The notes: a model not told the origin generated them from the letters alone. Shown: positions 8,497-18,343, numbered from the stretch's first letter. The stretch is 43,794 bases of DNA from an uncultured Candidatus Saccharibacteria bacterium (GCA_964631485.1 CAZVYH010000004.1:4198-47991); one strand, 5' to 3'. Numbers and translations are program-made.

Positions 8497-9765
8497 TTAT
8501 ACTCTGAGGATGCGTCGCAGTTTCGGTGTCTTCTTGACGGGGCCGACTGCCGCAAGATTAAGTGTAGCATTCTTAAAAATCTCCCGTGCGACTTTTTGCA
8601 CATCTTTTGCGGTTACTTGAGCAATTTCTTTGAGCGCTTCCTCCGGTGTTTGAATTTTTTTGCGGAGAATTTCCTGTCCGCCGAACCAATCGGCGACATC
8701 GTTGGATGATTCGAGTCCCATTTGTGTACGTCCCATGATGATTTCTTTTGCTTTTGCAAGTTCTACAGGGCCGACAAGCTCATCTTTGAGTCGTCGCACT
8801 TGTGAAAGAATTTCGGAAAGGACCTCTTCAAAACGTTTCGTATCAACTCCGGAAGCAATCTTAAAGACACCTGTGTCGGTTGATACATCGTTCCCGGCAC
8901 GTGCGTAATAGCACACGCCCATTTCATCGCGTAGTTTTCTGAAGAGTCGTGAACTCATACCACGACCGAGCACTGTTGCGAGCACCTCAACCGCCGGGTT
9001 TCGTTTGTCAAACAAATCAAAGGAACGAAAACCGAGAAGAAAGTGTGTTTGATCAGTTTTTTTGGACTTTATCAGCACTTGAGGAGTTTTCTGATTCTCT
9101 TTTGTCCTCGTCCGAGGAGTGTATTTTGCTTTTGGGAGAGCAGAGAAGTATGTTGCGATTTTTTTCTCGGCGTCGGCGACCGAAACGTTTCCGGCAACGA
9201 CAAGCGTTGTCTTCGGAGCAATGTAGTGTTCGTTTCGATATTGTATGAAATCGGGGCGCCTGAAGCGAAGGAGGTTTTCCTTTGAGCCGATAATCGGCCG
9301 TCCTGCGGGCTGTCCTTTGTACAGACACTCCTCAAGAACATCATGTACAATTCTTTGCGGAAGGTCTTCGTACATATTCAATTCCTCAATAATGACGCCG
9401 CGTTCCGAGGCAATGTCTTTTTCAGGTAGAAGAGGATTCAGGTACAGGTCCGAAACGATTTCAAGAATATGATCAAACTGGTGCGCGCGCGCCTTTGCCC
9501 AGTACCCCGTTACCTCATCGCCCGTAAATGCGTTGTTTTCGGCTCCCATGGAGTCAAATTCGTGGGCAATGTCGCCCGCGTGCGGTCGTTTCGGCGTCCC
9601 TTTGAAACACATATGTTCGAGAAAGTGCGAAATGCCGTTCATGCGCTTGTTCTCATATCGCGATCCGGCTTCAACAAGCACCATAACTGTAACCGTCGGG
9701 TTGTCTTTCATCGGAGCAACAATAATGCGCATGCCGTTGCCGAGGATTTTTTTGTGGTATTTCAT
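8497..9765 (-). CDS. M16 family (pitrilysin/insulinase-like) zinc peptidase
   Basis: The inverted zinc motif HFLEHMCFKGT (HxxEH) is present, with downstream ERGVIIEE. The 422-aa length is typical of M16B. Confidence 0.9.
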   Translation of the reverse strand: MKYHKKILGNGMRIIVAPMKDNPTVTVMVLVEAGSRYENKRMNGISHFLEHMCFKGTPKRPHAGDIAHEFDSMGAENNAFTGDEVTGYWAKARAHQFDHILEIVSDLYLNPLLPEKDIASERGVIIEELNMYEDLPQRIVHDVLEECLYKGQPAGRPIIGSKENLLRFRRPDFIQYRNEHYIAPKTTLVVAGNVSVADAEKKIATYFSALPKAKYTPRTRTKENQKTPQVLIKSKKTDQTHFLLGFRSFDLFDKRNPAVEVLATVLGRGMSSRLFRKLRDEMGVCYYARAGNDVSTDTGVFKIASGVDTKRFEEVLSEILSQVRRLKDELVGPVELAKAKEIIMGRTQMGLESSNDVADWFGGQEILRKKIQTPEEALKEIAQVTAKDVQKVAREIFKNATLNLAAVGPVKKTPKLRRILRV

Positions 9766-10370
9766 AGGTATGTTTTTAAGATTTCAATATCCGCTTTGTG
9801 TGTAGGAAGTAATGCTCGCGAATAGAGCGCTGAAGCAGGATGATACAGCGGGACAATATCCACGGTTCCGTACGAAGCTTGTGCAGTATACCGTTTTCCG
9901 TGAGCTTTGCTAATCGGTTCTATTGATGACTGCAGTCCGAGACGTTCCATAACATACGTCATTGAAAAGCGGCCGAGTGTCGCAATAACTTTGGGTTGGA
10001 GTATTTCAATTTGCCTGTCTAAAAACGGACCGTACAGTGTGATCTCCTCCGGCGTCGGGTCGCGGTTCTCCGGCGGCCGGTCCTTTACGATATTGGTGAT
10101 GTACACGGCCGCACGATCCAATCCGATGTGGGTAAGAAGTTCGTCGAGAATTTTTCCGGCGGCTCCACAGAACGGTCTTCCCTGCTGCGCTTCGTTTTTT
10201 CCGGGAGCTTCTCCGATAAACATGATGCGCGCATCATGGCTTCCCTCACCAACAACCGGGTAGTAGCTGTTTTTTGTGCGATATGCGTACAAAGGTGACT
10301 CTTTAAAAGCGATGAGTTCGTCACGAATTACCCGCATGCGGTTTGTTTTTGAATTTTCACCTTCCTGCAT
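9762..10370 (-). CDS. uracil-DNA glycosylase, family 4 type
   Basis: It carries motif A (FIGEAPGKNEAQQGRPFCGAAG) and a C-terminal HPASALY (motif B-like). Only one Cys is present in the whole protein. It overlaps the M16 start by 4 nt. Confidence 0.85.
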   Translation of the reverse strand: MQEGENSKTNRMRVIRDELIAFKESPLYAYRTKNSYYPVVGEGSHDARIMFIGEAPGKNEAQQGRPFCGAAGKILDELLTHIGLDRAAVYITNIVKDRPPENRDPTPEEITLYGPFLDRQIEILQPKVIATLGRFSMTYVMERLGLQSSIEPISKAHGKRYTAQASYGTVDIVPLYHPASALYSRALLPTHKADIEILKTYL

Positions 10371-10392
10371 AGAGGTTATTGTACCATTTCAC

Positions 10393-11052
10393 TCAATGTG
10401 CCCTCGGCCACCTCTCTGCGACATCGGGATATAGTTTCGAAACAGGATGTTGTGTACAGTCGTGTGGTCTGGCGGGACATATTTGACGTCCGTATTCAAT
10501 AAGCCGATAGGTTATAGGAAACCAGTCCTTTTTCGGGAAAAGTTTCATTAAATCCTGCTCAATTTTTTTCGGATCAGTGTGTTTTGTGAGTCCGAACTTT
10601 TGTGCAAAGCGCTTGACGTGCGTATCCACGGCAATTCCTTCAACAATCCCGTACGCATTTCCGAGAACGACATTAGCCGTTTTGCGCGCAACACCGGGAA
10701 TGGTGAGTATTTCCTTCATAGAACGAGGCACGAGACCGCCGAATTCATTTTGTATTTTTTTCGCGGCACCAAGAACACTTTTTGTTTTTGCATTAAAGAA
10801 TCCTGTCTGGTGGATATCTTTTGCAAATCCTTTCGGGTCGGCGTGCACATAGTCATCGAGTGTTTTGTACTTTTTAAAAAGTTTCTCCGTGACCTCATTC
10901 ACTTTTTTGTCCGTACATTGTGCGGATAAAATAACGGCAACGAGGAGTTCCCAGTTGTTGCCGTATCGCAGTGACATTCCTGCATGCGGAAAAAGTCTTT
11001 TGAGACAGGCGTTAATAGCGCGCGCTCGTTTCAGTTTCTCTTCATATGACAT
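10393..11052 (-). CDS. nth: endonuclease III-like DNA glycosylase/AP lyase
   Basis: The HhH-GPD core has IPGVARKTANVVLGNAYG (catalytic Lys) and VDTHVKR (catalytic Asp). The C-terminal loop reads CPARPHDCTQHP, so only 2 of the usual 4 cluster cysteines are present. Confidence 0.88.
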   Translation of the reverse strand: MSYEEKLKRARAINACLKRLFPHAGMSLRYGNNWELLVAVILSAQCTDKKVNEVTEKLFKKYKTLDDYVHADPKGFAKDIHQTGFFNAKTKSVLGAAKKIQNEFGGLVPRSMKEILTIPGVARKTANVVLGNAYGIVEGIAVDTHVKRFAQKFGLTKHTDPKKIEQDLMKLFPKKDWFPITYRLIEYGRQICPARPHDCTQHPVSKLYPDVAERWPRAH

Positions 11053-11061
11053 AGATATGCG

Positions 11062-11556
11062 TTATTCTCCGGTGAGTACGGACTCGATTGTTTCGGTATA
11101 AAAAACAGGAACAGCCGTAACGGATGTCTCGTGACCCTCATCGGAGAGAGTGAAGACTTCAACAACCCCTCTTCCCCCCGTTTGGGATTCATACACTAGT
11201 TCTCCGGCAAATAAGCGTGTGGTTTGTGTGTCTACAAAACCGAACGACAGCACAGCCCCTTCGTCGTCGATTAAACGGTAGTATACTGCTGTTTTCGGCA
11301 ATGCCGTTTCACCGGTGATAGACACCGGAGAACCGATACGCTCATCTTCTCGTGGTGTATAGACACGGACGGTACTTGTCCCGCTGTACGTCGCCGATAG
11401 CACCTTTCCCACGTTCTCGGGTACGGTTGTTGTGCCGTCGAGGTTGTAGCGCGTATCAGTGGGAGTGTTAAAAGAAAAATAAAATGTGCTCCCTATAATA
11501 AGAAAAAGTGCACCAACAACAACGAGAATGAGTGTGAGAGTAGTACGGTAAGGCAT
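11062..11556 (-). CDS. hypothetical membrane-anchored protein (possible Ig-like Gmad2-type domain)
   Basis: The 164-aa ORF has an N-terminal TM segment (LTLILVVVGALFLIIGSTFYF) followed by a beta-rich domain (SPVSITGETALPKTAVYYRLIDDEGAVL). The family assignment rests on resemblance only. Confidence 0.6.
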   Translation of the reverse strand: MPYRTTLTLILVVVGALFLIIGSTFYFSFNTPTDTRYNLDGTTTVPENVGKVLSATYSGTSTVRVYTPREDERIGSPVSITGETALPKTAVYYRLIDDEGAVLSFGFVDTQTTRLFAGELVYESQTGGRGVVEVFTLSDEGHETSVTAVPVFYTETIESVLTGE

Positions 11557-11565
11557 GTCGGTTAT

Positions 11566-12216
11566 TTAGCGTATCTTCGGTGCGTACACTGCGCATATGT
11601 CCAGCAACAGTTTCGGTGAACAACCCCTGTCAAGAATATGAGAACGAACAAGTTCTAGTGTACGCAGGAACGTTTCCCGTTTTTCCCCCGTTGCATGCTG
11701 CACCGTATATCCCTCGAGGGCGTTTACAAAAGACACCATACGTTCTTTGTTTTTCTCCTCAATAAGAGGTTCTATTACTTTAAACCGTTCAGGGTACGGA
11801 GCAGAAATAAAGTGCTCGATATCAAAAGAATCCTGCTGCGCCGGCGAACCAACGTACGGTATGTGCTGCGTTCGCGAACGAAGGGTCGGCAAAAGCGCAT
11901 GAGAAGAAGGTGTGATGAAGAAAAAAACCGTATTGTCTCCCGGCTCTTCGCTCATTTTTAAGAGAGCATTCTGCGCCTCTTGTGTCGCCGTAGCAAATGA
12001 TATCAGCGCTATACGTTTTTCATTCGATCCAACCCTTGTACGAAGACGTTCCTGAAGCGACCGAACGGAGTCCACAGAAAGCGTGTCTGCTGTTTCTTCA
12101 ACATACTGCACAATGTGTTGCGCTGAGACGGCATCTTGCACAAGCGTCCGAATGTGTGCGTGAAGCACGCTCGGTTCTCCGTGCAAGCGGTATGCGTGGT
12201 GTGAAAAAATATCCAT
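11566..12216 (-). CDS. holB: DNA polymerase III delta-prime-like clamp-loader subunit (short)
   Basis: Clamp-loader sensor motifs are present: QNALLKMSEEPGDNTVFFF (NALLKtLEEP-type) and LPTLRSRTQHI (SRC-type). I chose the start at MDIFSHH (12216) to avoid a 47-nt overlap with mreB; the longest ORF extends to 12267. Confidence 0.65.
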   Translation of the reverse strand: MDIFSHHAYRLHGEPSVLHAHIRTLVQDAVSAQHIVQYVEETADTLSVDSVRSLQERLRTRVGSNEKRIALISFATATQEAQNALLKMSEEPGDNTVFFFITPSSHALLPTLRSRTQHIPYVGSPAQQDSFDIEHFISAPYPERFKVIEPLIEEKNKERMVSFVNALEGYTVQHATGEKRETFLRTLELVRSHILDRGCSPKLLLDICAVYAPKIR

Positions 12217-12220
12217 ACTG

Positions 12221-13234
12221 TTATCGCTTGGCGATAATAGACTTTTTATATGTGTCGAGGTGCTCAAGTGCTATTCCCGTACCTTTGGCGACACACAACA
12301 AAGCTTCATCGGCTACATACGCGCGAACACCCGTCGTTCGATAGACCAGTTCCGGAAAGTTTCGTAACTGTGATGTTCCACCGGTCATAACAATCCCTTT
12401 TTCAATGATATCAGCGGATAATTCCGGAGGTGTTTCCTGAAACACGTCTTTAATAGCACGGACCATTTCGCGCAGTTCACGGCGTGTTGATTTTACTATT
12501 TCATTCGTATGAATTTCCATCTCCCGTGGAAGTCCGGTCACCACATCTCGTCCTCGTATACGCAAAGAGAGTTCCTCTTCGACGGAAACCGCAGAGCCGA
12601 TTTTTATTTTAATTTGCTCCGCTGTTTTGTCGCCGATAGAGAGGTTGTAATTCTTTTTTATGTAATCAACGATAGCCTGATCCATTTTATTGCCGGCAAC
12701 CTTTACGGACGTGCATGTTACAATCCCGCCGAGTGATATAACCGCTACATCAGTTGTTCCGCCGCCGATGTCAACAACCATACGCCCTTCAGGATCCTGG
12801 ATCGGAATATTGGCTCCGATGGCCGCGAGAATCGGCTCTTTAATCACATACGCCTGTTTTGCACCGGCGCGAATTGCCGCTTCCACAACCGCACGACGCT
12901 CCGTTGATGTGACTCCGGCCGGAACGGAAATAAGCACGTCGGGTTTCCAAAAATTCCATTTACCGAGAGCTTTATTGATGAAGTATCGCAACATTGCTTC
13001 GGTTACGCGGTAGTCCGCGATAACACCGTCTTTCATCGGACGATAGGCAATGATGTTGTCCGGAGTTTTTCCGATCATTTCTTTTGCGTCGGCTCCTATA
13101 GCAAGAATTTTGTTGTCATCCTGCGAAACAACGACGACAGACGGCTCATTAAGTACAATTCCTTTTCCCGGAACAAACACGAGAACATTCGTTGTACCCA
13201 GATCAATACCGATTTTTTTTGAAAAGAAAGCCAT
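12221..13234 (-). CDS. mreB: rod shape-determining protein MreB
   Basis: It contains IGIDLGTTNVLVFV, VVDIGGGTTDVAVISLGG and GIVMTGGTSQLRNFPELV. The start was chosen at MAFFSKKIGIDLGT; the longest ORF extends to 13294 and would overlap murA. Confidence 0.95.
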   Translation of the reverse strand: MAFFSKKIGIDLGTTNVLVFVPGKGIVLNEPSVVVVSQDDNKILAIGADAKEMIGKTPDNIIAYRPMKDGVIADYRVTEAMLRYFINKALGKWNFWKPDVLISVPAGVTSTERRAVVEAAIRAGAKQAYVIKEPILAAIGANIPIQDPEGRMVVDIGGGTTDVAVISLGGIVTCTSVKVAGNKMDQAIVDYIKKNYNLSIGDKTAEQIKIKIGSAVSVEEELSLRIRGRDVVTGLPREMEIHTNEIVKSTRRELREMVRAIKDVFQETPPELSADIIEKGIVMTGGTSQLRNFPELVYRTTGVRAYVADEALLCVAKGTGIALEHLDTYKKSIIAKR

Positions 13235-13241
13235 GATGTTT

Positions 13242-14570
13242 TTATAGCGTCGCCCGTTCGATAGCAACACCGATTGAGCGGAGTTTTTGTTCACATTGTT
13301 CGTACCCGCGGTCTATGAAGTGCACATTATGAACACGCGACACCCCCTTTGCAACACACGCGGCAATTATGTACGCAAGACCTGCACGCAAATCAGGCGT
13401 GTACAATTCCCTGCTGCTAAGTTTACTCGGTCCTTTTATCGTCGCACGGTGAGGATGGGCAATATCAACGGAAGCACCCATATACACAAGGTCTTTGGTA
13501 TACCCCAGCCGTCCTTCAAAGATCATTTCTTCTACAACGCTCTCTCCTGATGTTTGTGTGAAAAAGACGGTAAACGGAGCCTGTAGGTCCGTCGGAAATC
13601 CCGGATACTCATGGGTACGTATTGAACCGGACACAAACTCTTTGTTGTTTTTTGTGTTGTTCACAATACGTATTGTCGATTCGGTGGTTTCTATGGGAAC
13701 ACCGCACTCCTGTAAAATTCGAATAGGCAATTCCAGGTGGCTCGGGTTGCAACCCGTAATCTCAAGATTTTCTGCACACAATGCGCCGAGCACCATATAG
13801 CTCCCCGTTTCTATCCTGTCGGGTATGACACGATACGATTCGCCCGCCGCTTGTGAAAGAAGTTTTCCGTTCGTACCTTGTACAGAAAGCGTCATAGTGC
13901 CGATGCCCTCAATGTTCGCACCGCATGATTTCAAGAAACGCGCAAGTTCCGTCACCTCGGGTTCAAGGGCGACATTTTTTAAGACAGTAACCCCGTGACC
14001 CACAACAGCCGCCATGAGAAGTGTTTCCGTTGCGGTAACGCTTTGTAATCGAAAAAATATTTCACAACCGGAAAGTCCTTTTGGTGCGGTTATAGTAAAC
14101 GATTCACCGTTGTGATCTTCAATCGTTGCACCCATATCCGCATATCCGTTAAGAAAAAGATCAATGGGCCGTTTGCCGATGACACATCCTCCGGGTGACG
14201 GAAAAGAAATCGAGCCGAGTCGGGACAAAAGCGGACCGGTTAGTATGATGGACGCGCGTAACTTGTGGGCGGTGGCCGTATCAAACACGCCGTTTGAAAT
14301 TTTCTCGGGGAGTACCTCAATCGTGTGTTCTCCTCGAGTCACGTGGGCCCCCGCATGCGTAAGGAGTGTTGCCATGTGGTCGATATCCGTTATGTCGGGT
14401 ACGTTTGAGAAACGCACAGGGGTCTCAAAAAGTACTGTGCTTGCCAACAAAGGCAGAATGTGGTTTTTTGCTCCGGCAACGGGAATACTTCCGGAAAGGC
14501 TCTTTTTTCCGTTAAGACCCGTCACGTTAAAAACTTCTTGTGTATCAGTCATGATATAACAATGCGCCAC
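13242..14570 (-). CDS. murA: UDP-N-acetylglucosamine 1-carboxyvinyltransferase
   Basis: It contains GSIPVAGAKNHILPLLAS, the active-site loop PSPGGCVIGKRPIDL and FPTDLQAPF. An alternative start (MTDTQ) is at 14552. Confidence 0.95.
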   Translation of the reverse strand: MAHCYIMTDTQEVFNVTGLNGKKSLSGSIPVAGAKNHILPLLASTVLFETPVRFSNVPDITDIDHMATLLTHAGAHVTRGEHTIEVLPEKISNGVFDTATAHKLRASIILTGPLLSRLGSISFPSPGGCVIGKRPIDLFLNGYADMGATIEDHNGESFTITAPKGLSGCEIFFRLQSVTATETLLMAAVVGHGVTVLKNVALEPEVTELARFLKSCGANIEGIGTMTLSVQGTNGKLLSQAAGESYRVIPDRIETGSYMVLGALCAENLEITGCNPSHLELPIRILQECGVPIETTESTIRIVNNTKNNKEFVSGSIRTHEYPGFPTDLQAPFTVFFTQTSGESVVEEMIFEGRLGYTKDLVYMGASVDIAHPHRATIKGPSKLSSRELYTPDLRAGLAYIIAACVAKGVSRVHNVHFIDRGYEQCEQKLRSIGVAIERATL

Positions 14571-14595
14571 GACGCAGGTACAGTGGTATCATACC

Positions 14596-16509
14596 ATGTA
14601 CCGTATGTTCATCATCTCAGTTGTACCATTCACAGCAAAAACCGTCCCCGCCCCCCTCTCGTACTATTTTCATCGCGAGCTTCTTCCCGGGTCTATTGTG
14701 ATCGTTCCTTTTGGTTCGGAACGTGTGCTCGGACTTGTTCTTGATTCAAAAAGCGCGCATCTGGAAAAAGCCTCCATACGACGCGCAGGTTTTTCAATGA
14801 AAAAAATTATCAGTATCGAATCCGAAACCGCTTTTCCCGCCAGCACCATTGAAGCATTCAAAGATATTGCACAACACCACGCGGTTTCTCTCGGCGCCGT
14901 GCTCTCCGCGCTCGCGCCTGCACCGCTGGTACGCGCGTTGCGTGAGATGACTCGAGTAGAAAACGTCGGCACACAGAACACTGAGGCGCCTGAGGTTAAA
15001 ATTTTGGAAGACGGAGAGTCTTCTCGCATCAGCAGATACAAAGCGCTTACGCGCGAATCATTTGCTCACGCGCTTTCAGTATGTATTGTGTGCCCGACAA
15101 TAGCCGAGGCCGAACAGCTCGGACGACATCTCGGTAAAGGAATTGAGGGGAGGTGCTTCTTATTGACCGGCCGTTTGACCCCGAAAAAAACGTACGAGAC
15201 CTTGCGCGGTATTCTGGAGGCGCCGCACGCACTCCTTGTAATCACCACGCCCGCACTCGCATTTTTCCCCAGACACGATATCGGATTATACGTCGTAGAG
15301 CACGAATCCTCTCTCAACTATAAACAACGCGAACGCCCGTACCTTGATTATCGTTTTTGTATTGAATCACTTGCCCGCCGTACAAAATCCGATGCAATAT
15401 TCGGCGATTCGTTTTTACGTATTGAGACGCTCTATCGGTATTATCAACATGTCTTGTCGGAAGTATCACGACCCACGCTTCGTCAGGAGGGTCTCAGTGC
15501 AACACACATTATTGACATGCGTACCCCTCAGATTGCGGACGGCGAGCCCCCGCTTCCTTTGTTTGCAAAAGAGTCACGAGCCGCCATTCAATCAGCGCTT
15601 GAAGAGAAGAAGCGTGTGTTTATTTTTTGTGTGCGAAAAGGGTTTGCCCCTTTTACAGTTTGTAGAGATTGCGGACACATTCTTTCCTGCGACCGCTGTG
15701 ACGCTCCTGTGGTGTTGTATGAGAAAAAAGGAATTGATCAGTCGCGGGTCTTTGTGTGTAACCGTTGCGGAAAATCAAAAGACGCGCAGACAGTCTGTCC
15801 GTTGTGTTCAAGTTGGCGGTTAGAAGCCTACGGTGTCGGTATAGAACGAATTGCGCATTTTCTCGACATAGAATATCCCACCGCACTGACTTTTACGGTC
15901 AGCCGAGATACGACTACAACACCTCTTGCTGCGCAAAAAGTTGTGGATGCGTGGGAAAAAACGTCGTCCGGCATTCTTCTTGGAACGGAAATGTCACTTC
16001 CGCATATCCGTTCAAAGTCCGCGCATGTGGGGGTGGTCGCATCACTAGACACGCTCACGTTTCTGCCTGATTTTCATATGGGCGAACGAGTGTTTCATTT
16101 GGTGACAAGTCTGGCGGCTCGCGTCAGCCAGCGGCTCTACATTCAAACACGCACACCGGAGTACGCTCCCCTTTTGTACGCAAAATCAGGAGACGGTCTG
16201 GGGATGTACCGCTTTGAGGAAGCCTCAAGAAAAAAATTCGGCTATCCGCCTTTTACTCTTTTTATAAAAATATCACGCCGCGGTCAAAAAGAAGCAGTAT
16301 TACAAGACCTGAATACCCTTAAAGATCGGTTCATGGAGTACTCTCCTGTGGTGTATCCCGCGTTTATTTCAAGAGTAAAAAATGTATTTTTTGCCCACCT
16401 ACTTCTCACACTACCCCGCCACACGTGGCCTGATACACGTCTCGTCGAAGCCCTACGGGAGCTACCGCCGCAATATTCGGTCAATGTTGACCCGGATTCT
16501 CTTCTCTAG
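14596..16509 (+). CDS. priA: primosomal protein N' (PriA)-like, without a recognisable Walker A motif
   Basis: It has the PriA-type Cys-rich region with four CxxC pairs (CRDC, CDRC, CNRC, CPLC), the helicase-lobe block CIVCPTIAEAEQL, a C-terminal domain and an N-terminal SIVIVPFGSERVLGLV block. No GxxxxGK[ST] occurs anywhere in the 637 aa. Confidence 0.8.
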   Translation: MYRMFIISVVPFTAKTVPAPLSYYFHRELLPGSIVIVPFGSERVLGLVLDSKSAHLEKASIRRAGFSMKKIISIESETAFPASTIEAFKDIAQHHAVSLGAVLSALAPAPLVRALREMTRVENVGTQNTEAPEVKILEDGESSRISRYKALTRESFAHALSVCIVCPTIAEAEQLGRHLGKGIEGRCFLLTGRLTPKKTYETLRGILEAPHALLVITTPALAFFPRHDIGLYVVEHESSLNYKQRERPYLDYRFCIESLARRTKSDAIFGDSFLRIETLYRYYQHVLSEVSRPTLRQEGLSATHIIDMRTPQIADGEPPLPLFAKESRAAIQSALEEKKRVFIFCVRKGFAPFTVCRDCGHILSCDRCDAPVVLYEKKGIDQSRVFVCNRCGKSKDAQTVCPLCSSWRLEAYGVGIERIAHFLDIEYPTALTFTVSRDTTTTPLAAQKVVDAWEKTSSGILLGTEMSLPHIRSKSAHVGVVASLDTLTFLPDFHMGERVFHLVTSLAARVSQRLYIQTRTPEYAPLLYAKSGDGLGMYRFEEASRKKFGYPPFTLFIKISRRGQKEAVLQDLNTLKDRFMEYSPVVYPAFISRVKNVFFAHLLLTLPRHTWPDTRLVEALRELPPQYSVNVDPDSLL

Positions 16510-16538
16510 GAGAGTACGGCCGTGGTACACTACACCAC

Positions 16539-17741
16539 ATGAAAGAAAAACGAACCAAGCTTTCCACGGAACCGTACAAGGGTGTTCGAGATTTTTATCC
16601 CGAGGATATGGCGGTTCAGAACTATATATTTGAAAAATGGCGGAAAGTGACCCGCCAATTTGGTTATGAAGAGTATAACGCCTCAATTCTTGAGCCCACA
16701 GAGCTGTACACATCCAAAACAAACGAAGAGATTGTGAACGAGCAGACCTACACGTTTACTGATCGCGGAGACCGCAGTGTCACCCTGCGTCCTGAAATGA
16801 CGCCGACAGTGGCGCGCATGGTTGCCGGCAGACGGCGCGAACTTTCTTCACCGGTACGATGGTTTTCAATCCCTAACTGTTTCCGTTATGAGCGTCCTCA
16901 GCGTGGCCGAACGCGCGAGTTCTGGCAGCTGAATGTCGACATCTTCGGTGTTCCGGGTATTGAGGCAGATGTCGAGATCATCAGCATTGCCGCCGCAATT
17001 ATGAAAACATTCGGTGCAAAAGATGAAGATTTTGAGATACGGATCAACAACAGAAAACTTCTAAGTAATCTACCGACGGAAGCGATTCGTCTGCTTGATA
17101 AAAAAGAAAAAATGGACAAAGACGCGTTTGACGACGCATGGAAAGAGGTAACCGGCGACGCGTTCAACTCATTCTCGGAATCGGACGAGGTTAAGGATCT
17201 TCGCCGACGGCTTGCGGAGCACGGTGTTGCCAATACGGTATTTGCCCCGACACTTGCGCGTGGTTTTGATTATTACACGGGCACTGTCTTTGAGGTGTAC
17301 GACACCGACACGAAAAACCCCCGTGCCATATTCGGCGGCGGACGATACGATAACCTACTTGAAGTATTCGGCGATGAAACACTTCCCGCAGTCGGTTTCG
17401 GTCTCGGCGACGTTATTATGCGGGACTTTCTGGAGACACACGGCTTGCTACCCGAGAACGTGTCCGCAACAACGGTACTCCTGTGTCCTGTAACTCCCGC
17501 GCATCAGGAAACCGCCGAAGCGCTTGCACGTCAATTACGGGCAACAGATATAAGTGTCGCCGTGTATTACGGAGACAAAAAAATCGGCGATCAAATTAAA
17601 GGCGCAGTGAAGAAAAAAATCCCTTTTGTCGTGTGTATTGGAGATGAAGAACAGAAAACTTCACGATACACCCTCAAACAACTCTCAAACGGCGAAGAAT
17701 CTGCCGGTACTGCGGGTGAACTGGCAGAAAAGCTCCACTAA
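16539..17741 (+). CDS. hisS: histidine--tRNA ligase
   Basis: It contains KGVRDFYPED, LRPEMTPTVARM, FRYERPQRGRTREFWQ and GGGRYDNL, which are the class IIa HisRS motifs, plus an anticodon-binding C-terminus. Confidence 0.95.
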   Translation: MKEKRTKLSTEPYKGVRDFYPEDMAVQNYIFEKWRKVTRQFGYEEYNASILEPTELYTSKTNEEIVNEQTYTFTDRGDRSVTLRPEMTPTVARMVAGRRRELSSPVRWFSIPNCFRYERPQRGRTREFWQLNVDIFGVPGIEADVEIISIAAAIMKTFGAKDEDFEIRINNRKLLSNLPTEAIRLLDKKEKMDKDAFDDAWKEVTGDAFNSFSESDEVKDLRRRLAEHGVANTVFAPTLARGFDYYTGTVFEVYDTDTKNPRAIFGGGRYDNLLEVFGDETLPAVGFGLGDVIMRDFLETHGLLPENVSATTVLLCPVTPAHQETAEALARQLRATDISVAVYYGDKKIGDQIKGAVKKKIPFVVCIGDEEQKTSRYTLKQLSNGEESAGTAGELAEKLH

Positions 17742-17750
17742 CACAAACCC

Positions 17751-18326
17751 ATGCGAAAAGTCGTTTTTGATATTGAAACAAGAAATATTTTTGATGATGT
17801 CGGGAAAAATGACCCGGCTCTTTTGGATATCTCCATTGTCGGCACGTACGATTATGAGTCGGACACATACGCATCATACGCTCAGGAAGAGTTCCCTGCC
17901 CTGTGGGCGCTGTTAGAGCGGGCAGATGTGCTTATCGGTTTCAACTCAGACCACTTTGACATTCCGCTGCTTAATAAATATTTTCCGGGAGACCTGACCG
18001 CCATAAAAAGCATCGATATGATGGCCGACATCAAAAACGCCCTCGGCAGACGTCTCTCATTAAGTAATGTTGCGGGAGCAACACTTGGCCTTAAAAAAAG
18101 TGCCGACGGACTGCAGGCATACCAGTGGTGGAAGGAGGGCAAAGTTGATGAAATCAGGAAGTACTGCATTCAGGACGTCAAAGTCACCAAGGACCTCTAC
18201 GAGTACATCCATGAAAACAAAAAAATACAATACCGAGACGGTCAAGACCTCAAAGAGCTTATTATTGACACTTCTCACTGGGACACGGGCGGAGATCACG
18301 CCCTCACCTACTCGCTCGGTTTTTAA
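17751..18326 (+). CDS. DEDDy-type 3'-5' exonuclease (RNase H-like fold)
   Basis: Exo I is VVFDIETRN, Exo II is IGFNSDHFDIPLL and Exo III is KYCIQDVKV (YxxxD). It starts 9 nt after hisS. Confidence 0.75.
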   Translation: MRKVVFDIETRNIFDDVGKNDPALLDISIVGTYDYESDTYASYAQEEFPALWALLERADVLIGFNSDHFDIPLLNKYFPGDLTAIKSIDMMADIKNALGRRLSLSNVAGATLGLKKSADGLQAYQWWKEGKVDEIRKYCIQDVKVTKDLYEYIHENKKIQYRDGQDLKELIIDTSHWDTGGDHALTYSLGF

Positions 18327-18334
18327 GGTTCCTG

Positions 18335-18343
18335 TGCTATACT
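18335..18343 (+). promoter_or_regulatory. candidate extended -10 promoter element for the DsbA-like gene
   Basis: TGcTATACT lies 43 nt upstream of the ATG at 18387. No convincing -35 element was found. Confidence 0.3.
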
